A stretch of 64,000 nt of DNA, taken from assembly GCA_044892525.1 (NCBI GenBank), contig CM097885.1, positions 32,490,001 to 32,554,000 of the forward strand, in the 5' to 3' direction. The stretch comes from Schmidtea polychroa. Taxonomy: Eukaryota. This document shows, in pieces, positions 32,270 to 46,729 of the stretch (position 1 is the stretch's first letter; every line of letters starts with the position of its first letter). The position numbers and the translations under genes are program-made. Below the pieces are notes generated by a model. That model did not search any database. It was not told the origin of the DNA and saw nothing but the letters and a program-made list of their open reading frames with translations.

Positions 32270-34590
32270 CAGACTATAGTGAGGGGGTCTCCTTGGTCCT
32301 GGGATTTTCAATACAAATAAATTTTTTTCAATAAAAAAACGATGGTCCTGGGATTTTAAATACAAAAATTTTTTTTTCAATACAAAAACGATGGTCCTGG
32401 GATTTTCAATACAAATAAAATTTTTTCAATACAAAAATCCGACTACCACTAAAAAAGCATGGAATTTTCACACTATAGTGAGGGGGTCTCGATGGTATTG
32501 GGATTTTCAATACAAATAAAATTTTTTCAATACAAAAGTCCGACTACCACTAAAAAAGCATGGAATTTTCATACTATAGCGAGGGGGTCTCGATGGTCCT
32601 GGGATTTTCAATACAAAAAATTTTTTTTTCAATACAGAAACGATGGTCCTGGGATTTTCAATACAAATAAAATTTTTTCAATACAAAAATTCGACTACCA
32701 CTAAAAAAGCATGGAATTTATCAGACTATAGTGAGGGGGTCTCGATGGTCCTGGGATTTTCAATACAAAAAAAATTTTTCAATAGAAAAAGGTGGTCTAC
32801 ACTAAAAAAGCTTGGATTTTATCACACTATAGTGAGGTGTCTCCTTGGTCCTGAGAATTTCAATACAAAAAGCATGGATTTTTCTAGGTCAATTCAGGTG
32901 GGTCTCCTTGGTCCTGAGAATTTCAATACAAATAGGCGGTCTCAATAAAAAAGCATGGCAATTTAAGGTCTCAGGATATTTTCAATACAAAAAGGTGGTC
33001 TACACTAAAAAACATTGGTAATTTAAGGTCTCAGGATATTTTCAATACAAAAAGACGGTCTTCAATAAAAAAGCATGGTAATTTAAGGTCTCAGGATATT
33101 TTCAATACAAAAAGGTGGTCTACACTAAAAAACGTGGTAAATCTTTTAAATTACAGTAAATTATGGTCCTAAAAATTGAATTACAGTAAATTATGGTCCT
33201 AAAAAATTAAATTACAGTAAATTATGGTCCTAAAAAATTAAATTACAGTAAATTATGGTCCAAACTTTTCAATTACAGTAAATAATGGTCCTAAAAATTA
33301 AATTACAGTAAATAATGGTCCAAATTTTTCAATTAAAGTAAATAATGGTTCTAAAAAATTAAATTACAGTAAATTATGGTCCAAATTTTTCAATTACATT
33401 AAATTATGGTCCTAAAAAATTAAATTAAAGTAAATTATGGTTCTAAAAATTGAATTAAAGTAAATTATGGTTCTAAAAAATTAAATTAAAGTAAAGTATG
33501 GTCCAAATTTTTAAATTAAGTAATCAATGGTAAAAAATTTTAAATAAGTAAATTAAAGTAATAATTTTTAAATTAAGTAATCAATGGTAAAAAATTTTAA
33601 ATAAGTAAATTAAAGTAAGATTTTAAAATTTATTAACATAAAGTTGAAGGTGTTTGAGAATTGAAATTTTTTAATGGAAATTTTTATGGAATAATTTTTT
33701 AAGTTAATTTTTAATGGAAATTTTTATGAAATATTTTTCAATGATAATTTTAGATGGAAATTTTTAAGATAATTTTTAATGAAAATTTTTATGAAATATT
33801 TTTCAAAGACAAATTTTAATAATCATTCAACAACAAACCAACAACTTAGTACCAACAACCAGTAACTTACGAACATGTATTAACAACCAGATACCTACAA
33901 CTAGTTACTAACAACCAGTTACGTGATACCAAGTACCTACAACTGGATACTAACAACATGTTACCAGATACCAAGTACTTACAACTAGTTACTAACAATC
34001 AGTTACCTGCTACCTAGTACTTACAACTAGTTACTAACAACCAGATACCTGCTACCAAGTACTTACAACTAGTTACTAACAACCAGTTACCACCTACCAA
34101 GTACTTACAACAAGATACCAAGTACTAAGCACTGTCAACTAGATACCAAACACTTACAACTAGATACCACGTACTAACTAACTCTCAAACAACTAGTTAC
34201 TAACAATCAGTTACCTGCTACCAAGTACCTACAACCAACTACCAAGTACTAACAACCAAAAACAATCAACCAACTAGCTACCACCTACCAAGCACTGACA
34301 ACCGTCAACAACCAGTTACTAAGCATTATTAACAAACTACCAAGTACCTACAACTAGATACTAACAACCAAAAAACAACCAACCAACTAGGTACCTGATA
34401 CCAAGTACTCACAACCGACAACTAGTTACTAACAACCAGTTACCTGATACCAAGTATATACAACCAACATCAACCAGGTACTAAGCATTATCAACCAACT
34501 ACTAAGTACTAACAACCGACAACAACCAGGTACAAGATACCAAGTACTAACAACCGACAACAACCAGGTACTAAGCATTAATTACCAAGC
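32270..34590 (+). repeat. Left arm satellite blocks (GGTCCTGGGATTTTCAATAC repeats; ~30-bp AATTACAGTAAATTATGGTCC repeats; AAATTTTTAATGG repeats; ACAACTAGTTACTAACAACCAG repeats)
   Basis: Four successive tandem arrays at about 32270-33135, 33148-33625, 33640-33820 and 33830-34590. Confidence 0.9.
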
Positions 34591-34591
34591 A

Positions 34592-36095
34592 TTAATTACA
34601 ATCAGTAGAAAACCTTTTCAAAAAGTCTAAATTTAACAAAAATGTTGATTTTCATCAAAAAACCACAACTCAATCACTTTAAAACACCAAGTGAAATTCA
34701 AAATAATTTAAATTAGAATGAAAGACTAATGAATTCTAATTTACAAAACATTCTTCTTTTAAATGATAACTACTGACTTATTATTGCAATGTAAAAATCG
34801 CATTAAATAAATACTTATTGTTGATCAGTTTTATTATATATACTCTGAGTTTATCCGACAGGATGTTTTGACCCCCTAAGGGTACTGGTCGTAAGGGTAC
34901 TGGTCGTAAGGGTACTGGTCGTAAGGGTATTAGTCGTAAAGGTACTAGTCGTAAGGGTATTGCTAACACTCAACCCCCCACCTACCCATTAAGTAGTTAC
35001 TAAGTACTACCAACCAGCTAACAACTAGATACCATGTACTAACAACCACCATCAAAACCCATCGAGAAATTAACAAATATCAACCTACAACTATATAACA
35101 ACAATCAGTAAACAACACTGTACCAACTACCAAATACAAGATACCAACAACTTAGTACCAACAATCAACTAACAACACATAAAAATAATAGCAATTAAAT
35201 ACAAAATATTCTTCATCGCATACACTATTTTCTTATCAAAATCTAAAAAGTCAACCAACTACTTACAACCAGCAACTATGTACTAACAAATTGATCTTTA
35301 AAAGCAAAAACTCATCACTTGAAATATTAGATGGAAAATTATTTGAACTCAAGGCATCAATAACTAGGTAAAAATTGATTAAATTATTGTAAAAAATTTA
35401 AATTATTCGAAATAAATATCATAAAAATTTAATTAATAGATAAGAAAGAATTCTAATCATTAATCATCCAGTAAATAAAAAAAATACTGATCATTCAAGT
35501 TGAATCAACTAAGATAATAAATTAATAAGATAAGATCTAGTAGATAATTGATTTAGATTGAATAAATTAATTGAAATAAAATTAATTTTAATTATTTTTT
35601 TAAAAGTACTCAAATTGATTGACTAATTGCTCAATATATTCAAAAAAAACAGTATAAATTCATTACAATTATCAAAGTCATCAATCTACAATAAAAATAA
35701 TTATCATTAAATTCCAAAAGAGACTGATAACTAATGATAACATCTAATAAACCAGTAAATTCATTTAAATGACAATAATTGGTATATTCAAGTGAATTCT
35801 CTAATAAAATCATCTAAAAAGCATCAAATTTCCCTGAAATATCTCTATCTTTTAAGATTAGTATCTTATCGATAAGTACTTGTTAATTAATTAATACTTG
35901 TTATTCACCTCAAACTAATAAGATTCCTTAAAATCCCTTAAATGACTATATTTCAACCCTTAATCCATATTATTACAAATATCATCTAAAAAGCATCAAA
36001 TTTCCCTGAAATAACTCCAACTTTAAAGATTAGTATTTTATCGATAATTACACTTAAAAGGATATATATTTCCCTCAGACTAATAAGATTCCTTA
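34592..36095 (+). repeat. Internal inverted repeat, left copy (~1.5 kb)
   Basis: Reverse complement of 38592-40102. The ORF track gives nearly the same peptide on opposite strands (34781-34969 and 39719-39922). Confidence 0.93.
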
Positions 36096-38591
36096 AAATC
36101 CCTTTAAATGACTATAATTCTAACTTTAATTCCTATTATCACGAATATTATAAAACATGTAAAATAATTTGATCATTAACCCTAAATAATTTATAAAATC
36201 TAATGATAAAACCAGTTATAATTAAATTTTTATTCTAAAAATAAATCACTCTATTTGAAATTTTAAATAAATATTACTACAATATAACTGACTAGGTCCC
36301 ATTGAAAGATTAAATTTATCCATTCAATAAAATATATTTCTTCAAATGATCATTTTTACCAATATTCAACCGATTTAATTACTAATTAAAATCAAGATTT
36401 CTTTCAATAAAGATCAATTTTATTTAGTTGTTGTCGATGTTTTAAGTCCATATTTTTCAACTTTTGTCATTCTCCGTCTAAATAAAGATAAAAATAAATT
36501 AAAGTTGATATCAATCCCAATTATCTGTAAAGTTTTCATTGTCAAAACCAAGTAAATCGATCATTATCCCTACTTAATAGAACATTGTTCTAAAACATAA
36601 CTCTAAATTAATATACAATGAATTAATCACAACCTAATAAAACGATATAATTATTATTGATTCATAACTGACTAATTGCAATTTCCCCTAAAACATTGAT
36701 ATTTGACCAACATTACCCATGTAAATATTCAAAAGATTCCCATCGAAACCCTTCCCTCATTAAAAGCAACCGACTATATCTTTCTTAAAATGAAATAATC
36801 CCATATTAACCGACTATATCCCATCTTATCCGATCTCTCAGCAAATATTTCTACACTTTTAAACATCTAACCGAATATATCCCTTAATTCTACCCACTTG
36901 AATCCTCCTTTAATTCAATTCAGTCTTAAAATCCTTAAAGAAATTCAAAATATGACTTAATTGTTAAAGACACTAGGCATTCTTCCATTGAAATAATTTA
37001 GAAGCTAAATAATAAGAGCCCACTAACCAATCAAAATCATGGAAGGGCAAAAAAATATATTACGTTGCGGTATTTTAAAAGTTAAATATATTTAAAAACA
37101 CATTTTGACGCTAAAGTCGACTTATGTAACATACATAATAAACTAATTATTTCCTACAAATATTTACCATCAAATATCTAACTAGAGATGATATATATTG
37201 ATTGATCATAATTCTTCATCGATTCAGCCAATCATTTTCAAGCACTGTCAGCAAACTAAATTTCTGTATATCCTACAATAATTATCAAGTAAATTTAAAG
37301 TCCCTGATAAAGTTAACTGGTTTCTTAGCTTATGTTTTTTTAAAGTTCATCAATGTGTAAATATTCTTAGAAAATTATTGAAAAATTATTTAGTCAAATA
37401 CATTACAAAGTTATCATCAAAAATCACTTAATTATTAACCTAATTGTCAATGAAATTAATTTTTATTTAAAAACTATTCAATAAAATACAACTAATTATC
37501 AAGAAATTAATTAAATTTACCAATTTAATTTATCAGTCAACATGAAAATCTTAGAAAATTATTCAATATCTTCATCAAAATTTATCCTATCACTTGATTA
37601 TTGTACAAAAATAAATTTTTATTTAAAATTATCAAGAAATTTATTAAATTTACCTTAGAATTAGCATTAAATTTTTAAATATTCATTCAATAAACATGAA
37701 ATTCACAAAAAACGATAAAAATTCACAAAAATGATAGAAATCAGCAAAAATAATAGAAAATTACAAAAAATGATGGAAATTCACAAAAAACGATAAAAAT
37801 TCACAAAAATGATAGAAATTTACTTGAATATTTACTAAGACCATCAACTCTAAAAATTATCAATGAATGCCTTAAACAACAAATTTGCCTAAATAATCAT
37901 TCAAATAAAAGCATTAAATACCTTTACGACTAATACCCTTGCGACATGTTGAATGTGAGTAGTACCCTTGTGAGCAATACCCATAGGGGGACAGAATATT
38001 TTGTATATATTAATTAACTCATTCAAATTTATCATTGAATCAGTAAAATTATCATAAATTTCGATAAAAATTCTAAAATGGTAAGCAATGTAAAGAGAAA
38101 TATTCTTTAAACTTTGATAAAACTAACAATGAAGGTGGTAAGAATCATCATTAAAGTGAGGAAATTATTCATTACTCGATGATAAATTCAAATGGGTGAA
38201 AATAATTGGTAGAATAATTCATTAATGGATCATGAGAGGTAAATACTGAGAAGTGGCATAGATAAAATGAAGGTTGATAAGAATGGAAATATATTAATTG
38301 AATTTATTTAAAATTATTTCATAAAATTTATAAATTTAATAAAAAAAAGAAATATTTGTGGGGGAATAATTAATCAAAATCGGTGGAATATAATTGATTA
38401 AATATCGGGGGTGTGGGGTTATAGGTGATTAATTAATGGAAAATCGGGGGAATATAAGTGAATAATTAATGGAGAATCGGGGAATATAGGGGATTAAATA
38501 GTGGGATAATGAGAATCGGTGGAATATAAGTGAGAAGGATATGTAATTTAAATTATTTTATTACGTAACAAGCCGTGACTAATTTATTACA

Positions 38592-40102
38592 TAAGGAATC
38601 TTATTAGTCTGAGGGAAATATATATCCTTTTAAGTGTAATTATCGATAAAATACTAATCTTTAAAGTTGGAGTTATTTCAGGGAAATTTGATGCTTTTTA
38701 GATGATATTTGTAATAATATGGATTAAGGGTTGAAATATAGTCATTTAAGGGATTTTAAGGAATCTTATTAGTTTGAGGTGAATAACAAGTATTAATTAA
38801 TTAACAAGTACTTATCGATAAGATACTAATCTTAAAAGATAGAGATATTTCAGGGAAATTTGATGCTTTTTAGATGATTTTATTAGAGAATTCACTTGAA
38901 TATACCAATTATTGTCATTTAAATGAATTTACTGGTTTATTAGATGTTATCATTAGTTATCAGTCTCTTTTGGAATTTAATGATAATTATTTTTATTGTA
39001 GATTGATGACTTTGATAATTGTAATGAATTTATACTGTTTTTTTTTGAATATATTGAGCAATTAGTCAATCAATTTGAGTACTTTTAAAAAAATAATTAA
39101 AATTAATTTTATTTCAATTAATTTATTCAATCTAAATCAATTATCTACTAGATCTTATCTTATTAATTTATTATCTTAGTTGATTCAACTTGAATGATCA
39201 GTATTTTTTTTATTTACTGGATGATTAATGATTAGAATTCTTTCTTATCTATTAATTAAATTTTTATGATATTTATTTCGAATAATTTAAATTTTTTACA
39301 ATAATTTAATCAATTTTTACCTAGTTATTGATGCCTTGAGTTCAAATAATTTTCCATCTAATATTTCAAGTGATGAGTTTTTGCTTTTAAAGATCAATTT
39401 GTTAGTACATAGTTGCTGGTTGTAAGTAGTTGGTTGACTTTTTAGATTTTGATAAGAAAATAGTGTATGCGATGAAGAATATTTTGTATTTAATTGCTAT
39501 TATTTTTATGTGTTGTTAGTTGATTGTTGGTACTAAGTTGTTGGTATCTTGTATTTGGTAGTTGGTACAGTGTTGTTTACTGATTGTTGTTATATAGTTG
39601 TAGGTTGATATTTGTTAATTTCTCGATGGGTTTTGATGGTGGTTGTTAGTACATGGTATCTAGTTGTTAGCTGGTTGGTAGTACTTAGTAACTACTTAAT
39701 GGGTAGGTGGGGGGTTGAGTGTTAGCAATACCCTTACGACTAGTACCTTTACGACTAATACCCTTACGACCAGTACCCTTACGACCAGTACCCTTACGAC
39801 CAGTACCCTTACGACCAGTACCCTTAGGGGTTCAAAACATCCTGTCGGATAAACTCAGAGTATATATAATAAAACTGATCAACAATAAGTATTTATTTAA
39901 TGCGATTTTTACATTGCAATAATAAGTCAGTAGTTATCATTTAAAAGAAGAATGTTTTGTAAATTAGAATTCATTAGTCTTTCATTCTAATTTAAATTAT
40001 TTTGAATTTCACTTGGTGTTTTAAAGTGATTGAGTTGTGGTTTTTTAAAAAAATCAACATTTTTGTTAAATTTGAAAAGGTTTTTCTACTGATTGTAATT
40101 AA
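38592..40102 (-). repeat. Internal inverted repeat, right copy (~1.5 kb)
   Basis: Reverse complement of 34592-36095, with one extra 15-bp CCCTTACGACCAGTA unit and a few small differences near the outer end. Confidence 0.93.
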
Positions 40103-40333
40103 AATTATTATAGAAGCTGTATAAAAAAAATTAATTTTAAAAAGCATTTCATAAAATACAATAAAGAATATTTAGTTGATTGTTGGTACTTGGTTGTTTT
40201 TACTTGGTTGTTTGAGAGTTAGTACGTGGTATCATGTTGTTAGTATTTGGTACTTATTTGTCAGCACCTAGTTAAAAATATTTAGTAACCGATTGTTGGT
40301 AACTGTTGAATTATAATTATTATTATTTTAATT

Positions 40334-40412
<79 letters not shown>

Positions 40413-40764
40413 TTATTATTATTCCATTTAAATTTTCATTTGACTTTGAAAAATATTTCATTGAAATTAACTTAAAAAATAAAATTTCCATTTAAATTTT
40501 CATTAAAAATTACATTTCTCAAAAAAGTTGGTGGTTATTCAAACTTTTGATAATAAATTTAAAAATCTTAGTTTAATTTACTTATTTAGCTTTAATTTAA
40601 AATTTGAACCATTGGTTACTAAATTTTAAATTTTGAGCCTTAATTTCCTTAATTTATCCTTAATTTACCTAATTATTCTTTATTACTAACTTTTTACACC
40701 ATAATTTACTTAACAACTAATTATAACCATTATTTTCATATTTAACCAATAATTTCATGTGGTC

Positions 40765-43570
40765 ATCTGGTTGTAACTGCTTGGTATATAGTTGACAGTG
40801 CTTAATATCTTGTACTTGGTTGTTGGTACAATGTTGTTGGTATCTTGTACTTGGTAGTTGTAGCTAGTTGTTAGTATCTATTTGTAGGTTGATAATTGTT
40901 GTTAGCTGGTTGTTGTGGGTTGTGAGTGCTAGGTATCTAGTACCTAGTTAGCTGGTTGTAGCTAGTTAATGGGTAGGTGGTAGCTAGTTGTTAGCTGGTT
41001 GTAGCTAGTTAAAGGGTAGGTGGTTGTAAGTACATAGTTGGTTGTAGGTACTTAGTAGTTGGTAACTGGTTGTTGGTATCTAGTTGTAGGTATCTGGTTG
41101 ATGTTGGTTGTAAGTAGTTGGTAGGTGGTTGTAGGTACTTAGTAGTTGGTAATTAATGCTTAGTACCTGGTTGTTGTCGGTTGTGAGTACTTGGTATCAG
41201 GTACCTAGTTGGTTGGTTGTTTTTTGGTTGTTAGTATCTAGTTGTAGGTACTTGGTAGTTGGTTAAAAATGCTTAGTACCTGGTTGTTGTTGGTTGTAGG
41301 TACTTGGTAGGTGGTTGTTAGCTGGTTGTTAGCACTTAGTAGCTAGTTAATGGGTAGGTGGGGGTTGAGAGTTAGTTAGTACGTGGTATCTAGTTGTAAG
41401 TACTTGGTATCTGGTAACTAGTTGCTAGTAACTAGTTGTAGGTATCTGGTTGTTAATACATGTTCGTAAGTTACTGGTTGTTGGTACTAAGTTGTTGGTT
41501 TGTTGTTGAATTATTATTAAAATTTGTCTTTGAAAAATATTTCATAAAAATTTTCATTAAAAATTATCATAAAAATTTCCATCTAAATTTATCATTGAAA
41601 AATATTTCATAAAAATTTCCATTAAAAATTAACTTAAAAAACTATTCCATAAAAATTTCCATTAAAAATTACCATTGAAAAATATTTCATTAAAAATTTC
41701 TTAAAAAATTATTTCATAAAAATTTTCATTAAAAAATTTCAATTCTCAAACACCTTCTATTATTTGTTAATAAATTTTAAAATCTTACTTTAATTTACTT
41801 ATTACATTACTTATTTAAAAATTATTACTTTAATTTACTTATTTAAAAATTATTACTTTGATTTACTTATTTAAATTTTTTACCATTTATTACTTAATTT
41901 TAAAATTTGGACCATAATTTACTGTAATTTAATTTTTTTAGAACCATTGATTACTGTAATTGAAAAATTTGGACCTTAATTAACTTTAATTTAATTTTTT
42001 TAGAACCATAATTTACTTTAATTAAATTTTTAGAACCATTATTTACTGTAATTGAAAAATTTAGACCATTATTTACTGTAATTTAATTTTTTTAGAACCA
42101 TTGATTACTGTAATTGAAAAATTTGGACCTTAATTAACTTTAATTTAATTTTTTTAGAACCATAATTTACTTTAATTTAATTTTTAGAACCATTATTTAC
42201 TGTAATTGAAAAATTTAGACCATTATTTACTGTAATTTAATTTTTTTAGGACCATTATTTACTTTAATTGAAAAATTTGGACCATTATTTACTGTAATTG
42301 AAAAATTTATACCATTATTTACTGTAATTGAAAAATTTGGACCATAATTTACTGTAATTTAATTTTTTAGAACCATTATTATTATTCCATAAAAATTATT
42401 CCATAAAAATTACCATTGAAAAATTTTCATTAAAAAATTTCAATTCTCAAACACCTTCAACTTTTTGTTAATAAATTTTAAAATCTTACTTTAATTTACT
42501 TTAATTTACTTATTTAAAATTTTTTACCGTTGATTACTTAATTTAATTTTTAGGACCATTATTTACTTTATTTGAAAAATTTGGACCATAATTTACTTTA
42601 TTTGAAAAATTTGGACCATAATTTACTTTATTTGAAAAATTTGGACCATAATTTACTTTAATTTAATTTTTAGGACCATAATTTACTGTAATTTAATTTT
42701 TAGGACCATTATTTACTTTATTTGAAAAATTTGGACCATAATTTACTGTAATTGAAAATTTTTGACCATAATTAACTGTAATAGAAAAATTGGGACCATA
42801 ATTTACTGTAATTTAAATTTTTAGGACCATAATTTACTGTAATTTAATTTTTAGGACCATTATTTACTTTAATTGAAAAATTTGAACCATTATTTACTGT
42901 AATTGAAAATTTTTGACCATTATATACTGTAATTGAAAATTTTGGACCATTATTTACTGTAATTTAATTTTATAGAACCATTATTTACTTTAATTGAAAA
43001 AATTTACCACGTTTTTTAGTGTAGACCACCTTTTTCTCAGGACCAAGGAGACCCCCTCACTATAGTGTGAAAATTCCATGCTTTTTTATTGAAGACCAGC
43101 TTTTGTATTGAAAAAAAAAATTTGTATTGAAAATCCCAGGACCAATGAGACCCACCTCGCTATAGTCTGAAAATTCCATGCTTTTTTAGTGGTAGTCGGA
43201 TTTTTGTATTGAAAAAATTTTATTTGTATTGAAAATCCCAGGACCATCGAGACCCCCTCACTATAGTCTGAAAATTCCATGCTTTTTTTATTGAGACCGC
43301 CTTTTTCTATTGAAAAATTTTTTTTGTATTGAAAATCCCAGGACCATCGTTTTTTTATTGAAAAAAATTTTTTTGTATTGAAAATCCCAGGACCATCGAG
43401 ACCCCCTCACTATAGTCTGAAAATTCCATGCTTTTTTTATTGAGACCGCCTTTTTCTATTGAAAAATTTTTTTTGTATTGAAAATCCCAGGACCATCGTT
43501 TTTGTATTGAAAAATATTTTTTTGTATTGAAAATCCCAGGACCATCGAGACCCCCTCACTATAGTGTGGA
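40765..43570 (-). repeat. Right arm satellite blocks (mirror of 32270-34590, different copy numbers)
   Basis: The same four arrays in reverse order and orientation. Confidence 0.9.
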
Positions 43571-45817
43571 ACAATTGCGTAATAAAAAGTTGCAACAAAA
43601 AATGCGAGTTGCAACAATTTTTTTTTCTAGGGGGGGGGGGGGGGTAATTGTTGCAGTGGGCCACTATCTACCTACTCATTCATTTTAATTTACAAATTTT
43701 ATATAAATCTTCCATGTATAAAATGTAATTGGGATTAATGTGATTATTAACTGATTATGTAAACGTAAGTTAATTATGTTAAGGCTTTGTAACGAAAATT
43801 TTTTTTAAACATTTATTTTAGATTTTATTTTTAGAATTTTATATTTAAAGCTTTTTAGTGAGAATTTAGTTTAAGGCTTTTTAATATAATTTAAAATTTA
43901 TAAATATTGAAAATTTAAAAAATTTAATTTATTTAAACAAATCTAGAATATTTGACTTGGTTTATCACACTCATATTGTCACACCCATATGCATTCATTA
44001 TGTTAATCATATAGTGACTATATTGAATACTGGGGGAAATCTATCACATTTTTACTCAACTTTTAAATCATTGTTCACATTTTTCGTTAGTCGTTAGTTG
44101 TGAAGTTCATGAATTTCATCACTAGAAGTTTGAAGAACCCGAAAGAGTCACCGTTTAGAAAAATATTGTAGCGGGACAATCGGGATGCGTGTATGTATTG
44201 TTTTGTATAACTAAAAAAGAAAGAGGAATAATAAAAATAATATAATATAATGGAACAATTAATTATTACAATTATTATTACAATTAATTATTAATTATTA
44301 CAATCAACTAATTAATCAACCTTAATGTATCTTAAGTTTGTTTAGGATAGTCCTTGTTATTCGATGAATATTGGTGGATATTAACTTTGAATTGAATATT
44401 CTTGGTTATTTGGTGGATATTGTTTATATTAGATTTGAATGGATTGTTCTTGGTTATTTGATGGATATGATTTATATTAACTTTGAGTTGAATATTCTTT
44501 AATTTTTACAAATCTTGTTGCTTTAATGTTATTGATTTTTTTCCAATCAATTTTCTAAAGCGATAATTTACCAAGGTAAATTATCGCTATAAAGTTTTTT
44601 TTAATAAAAAAATAAATAAAAAACAAATTCTTCTCCACGTGCAACGTGTGAGATTGTAATTTACATTTAAACCATATAACTAACAAATAAAAAAATAAGA
44701 TATTACAATACATTACAGTCCTTGATAATATTTTTGATTTTATTTAAATAATTAAAATTATTTAAATTTACATAAACATTTATCAAAGAACTTCTTTATT
44801 GATTCACTTTTCAAGATCATCGCACGTTAATATATTGAGTATTTTACATAGATAAGTCTGGGTACCCCTGGTGATGCATTTAAAATTGATGTAAATTATC
44901 AATTTTTATATGAACAAATTCATAAAGCACAGACTAATTATTAATTCTATTTAAAATCACTGCTTACTCTTTGCAGAATAAAAATAGAGTGAAAGTTAAA
45001 TATTTATTAATGAAAAATGTAAGAAATGAATAAATACAGTGGGAGATCTTGTCAGTTGATTGATTGTATACCACTCAAAAAACCACTCTAAAACCAGTGA
45101 TTATATATACCTCTCTTGCCGTATTTGAACGAAAAGGTTTATAAGTTTCTTTTTACAGGGATAATGGAAATGAATATTGTAGTGATCTAACAATAGAAAG
45201 TGAACCCCTTACAATTAATTTAAGAAAACCATTTTTTTATGTTTGTTTTATTTGATCGAGTTTATACGTTTGAATAAAAGTAGATTTTAATTGAATATTT
45301 AACATTTAAATAAAAGTTCTATTTAAAATCACTGCTTACTCTTTACAGAACAAAAATATAATGAAATAAAACCATTTTATTTATGATTATATTTTTGTGA
45401 TAAAATTACTCAAAATTTTTACACTTTTAAATTAGGCTTGAAAAGGAAGCTTCAATTCCTCTTTTTTGATGTAATGGTGAAATTATTGGTGAATTACAAA
45501 ACATAATGACACAATGTAAACTTTGATATTTTGTTTTTAATATTGACTGTATAATTTTGATAATAATTATGAAATATAATTTTCTAAATTAATGTTTTTG
45601 ATTTTATAAGCTTCTACTATTTGTAATGCTTCATTACTATTTGATCACAACAATATTTATATTCTCTCTGCTTTATTTACTTTAGCTTCCAGTTAAATGA
45701 ACGTAATTCTGTTAACTAGTTTCTCATCTAAAACCTAGAAATAATAATTGTTTATTGATATTATTAATACTTCTAATAAATATTTCGTTTAATACCTTTG
45801 GCGATTATTCTCAGAAC

Positions 45818-45935
<118 letters not shown>

Positions 45936-46269
45936 TAAAATGATATTTTAAAATGATATTTTCTTGATAGTAACATAGATTGAATGTTAAATAAGTAAAT
46001 GATAAGATAATCCTTTTGCTGCAAAATATGTTCCAAATTAAATGAGAAAATTTTCGATTATAATATAATCCCTGAAAATACAGTGAAAGCTTATTTTATT
46101 ATTTACTTGTTTATAGCTGAATATCGTTCTTCTCTTTCCTTTGTTATTATCCATGTTATTTGAAATTTTAAATATTCAAATAAATAAAAATAACATTAAA
46201 AATTCATTTTCTTAACTATTTTTAATTTGATCAATTAAAAAATATTAATATAATACAAATATTAGAAAT

Positions 46270-46414
46270 AGCTTGAAGACTATAAATCAGTAATATATCG
46301 ATGTTTTTGATACTCACGAATTTTTGGCACTGTAAAATTCACTTGAAAAAGCAGTGCCGAAAATTCGCAAGTATCAAAAACATCGATATATTACTGATTT
46401 ATAGTCTTCAAGCT
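46270..46414. repeat. Palindromic MITE-like hairpin, copy 1
   Basis: AGCTTGAAGACTATAAATCAGTAATATATCGATG... is inverted at ...CATCGATATATTACTGATTTATAGTCTTCAAGCT; a second copy lies at 55112-55268. Confidence 0.88.
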
Positions 46415-46729
46415 CTTTTTTAATAAATTCAATGGAAAAAAAGTCATTGGTGAAATTTGATAAAAAGTTCCTATAATAATAAAAATATGCTATAATCATA
46501 TTATAATGTTTTAAAATAAACAAGGTGTTTTAAAAATTGAAAATTATCATTTATCATACACATGTTTATTTTAAATACAATCATGTTTTACATATTTTTA
46601 TTTTTAGATAAAAACATGTATTTACATAAACACGATTTCTTCCCAATTCTTCCCAATAAGAATTATCTGTTTATTAAACATTTGGAACTTTGGACACATT
46701 CTCCTAAACAAAAACTCCCACTGATATCG

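Larger units (their letters stand above)
32157..43676. mobile_element. 11.5-kb non-coding foldback element with Polinton-type termini
   Basis: Starts AGTAGGTAGATAG and ends CTATCTACCTACT, with a 6-bp TSD CATTCA (32151-32156 and 43677-43682). Contains mirrored satellite blocks and a ~1.5-kb near-perfect internal inverted repeat; no credible ORF. Confidence 0.88.

Noticed and set aside
32270..33625. CRISPR-like array, or T7/T3 promoter and BsaI sites (CTCACTATAG, GGTCTC), in the repeats
   Set aside because: There are no unique spacers or cas genes. The units are degenerate tandem satellites in a eukaryotic context, and the phage-promoter matches are partial.
34781..39922. PLRPV-repeat ORFs on opposite strands
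   Set aside because: They are short non-ATG-started translations of the 15-bp tandem repeat inside the inverted arms.
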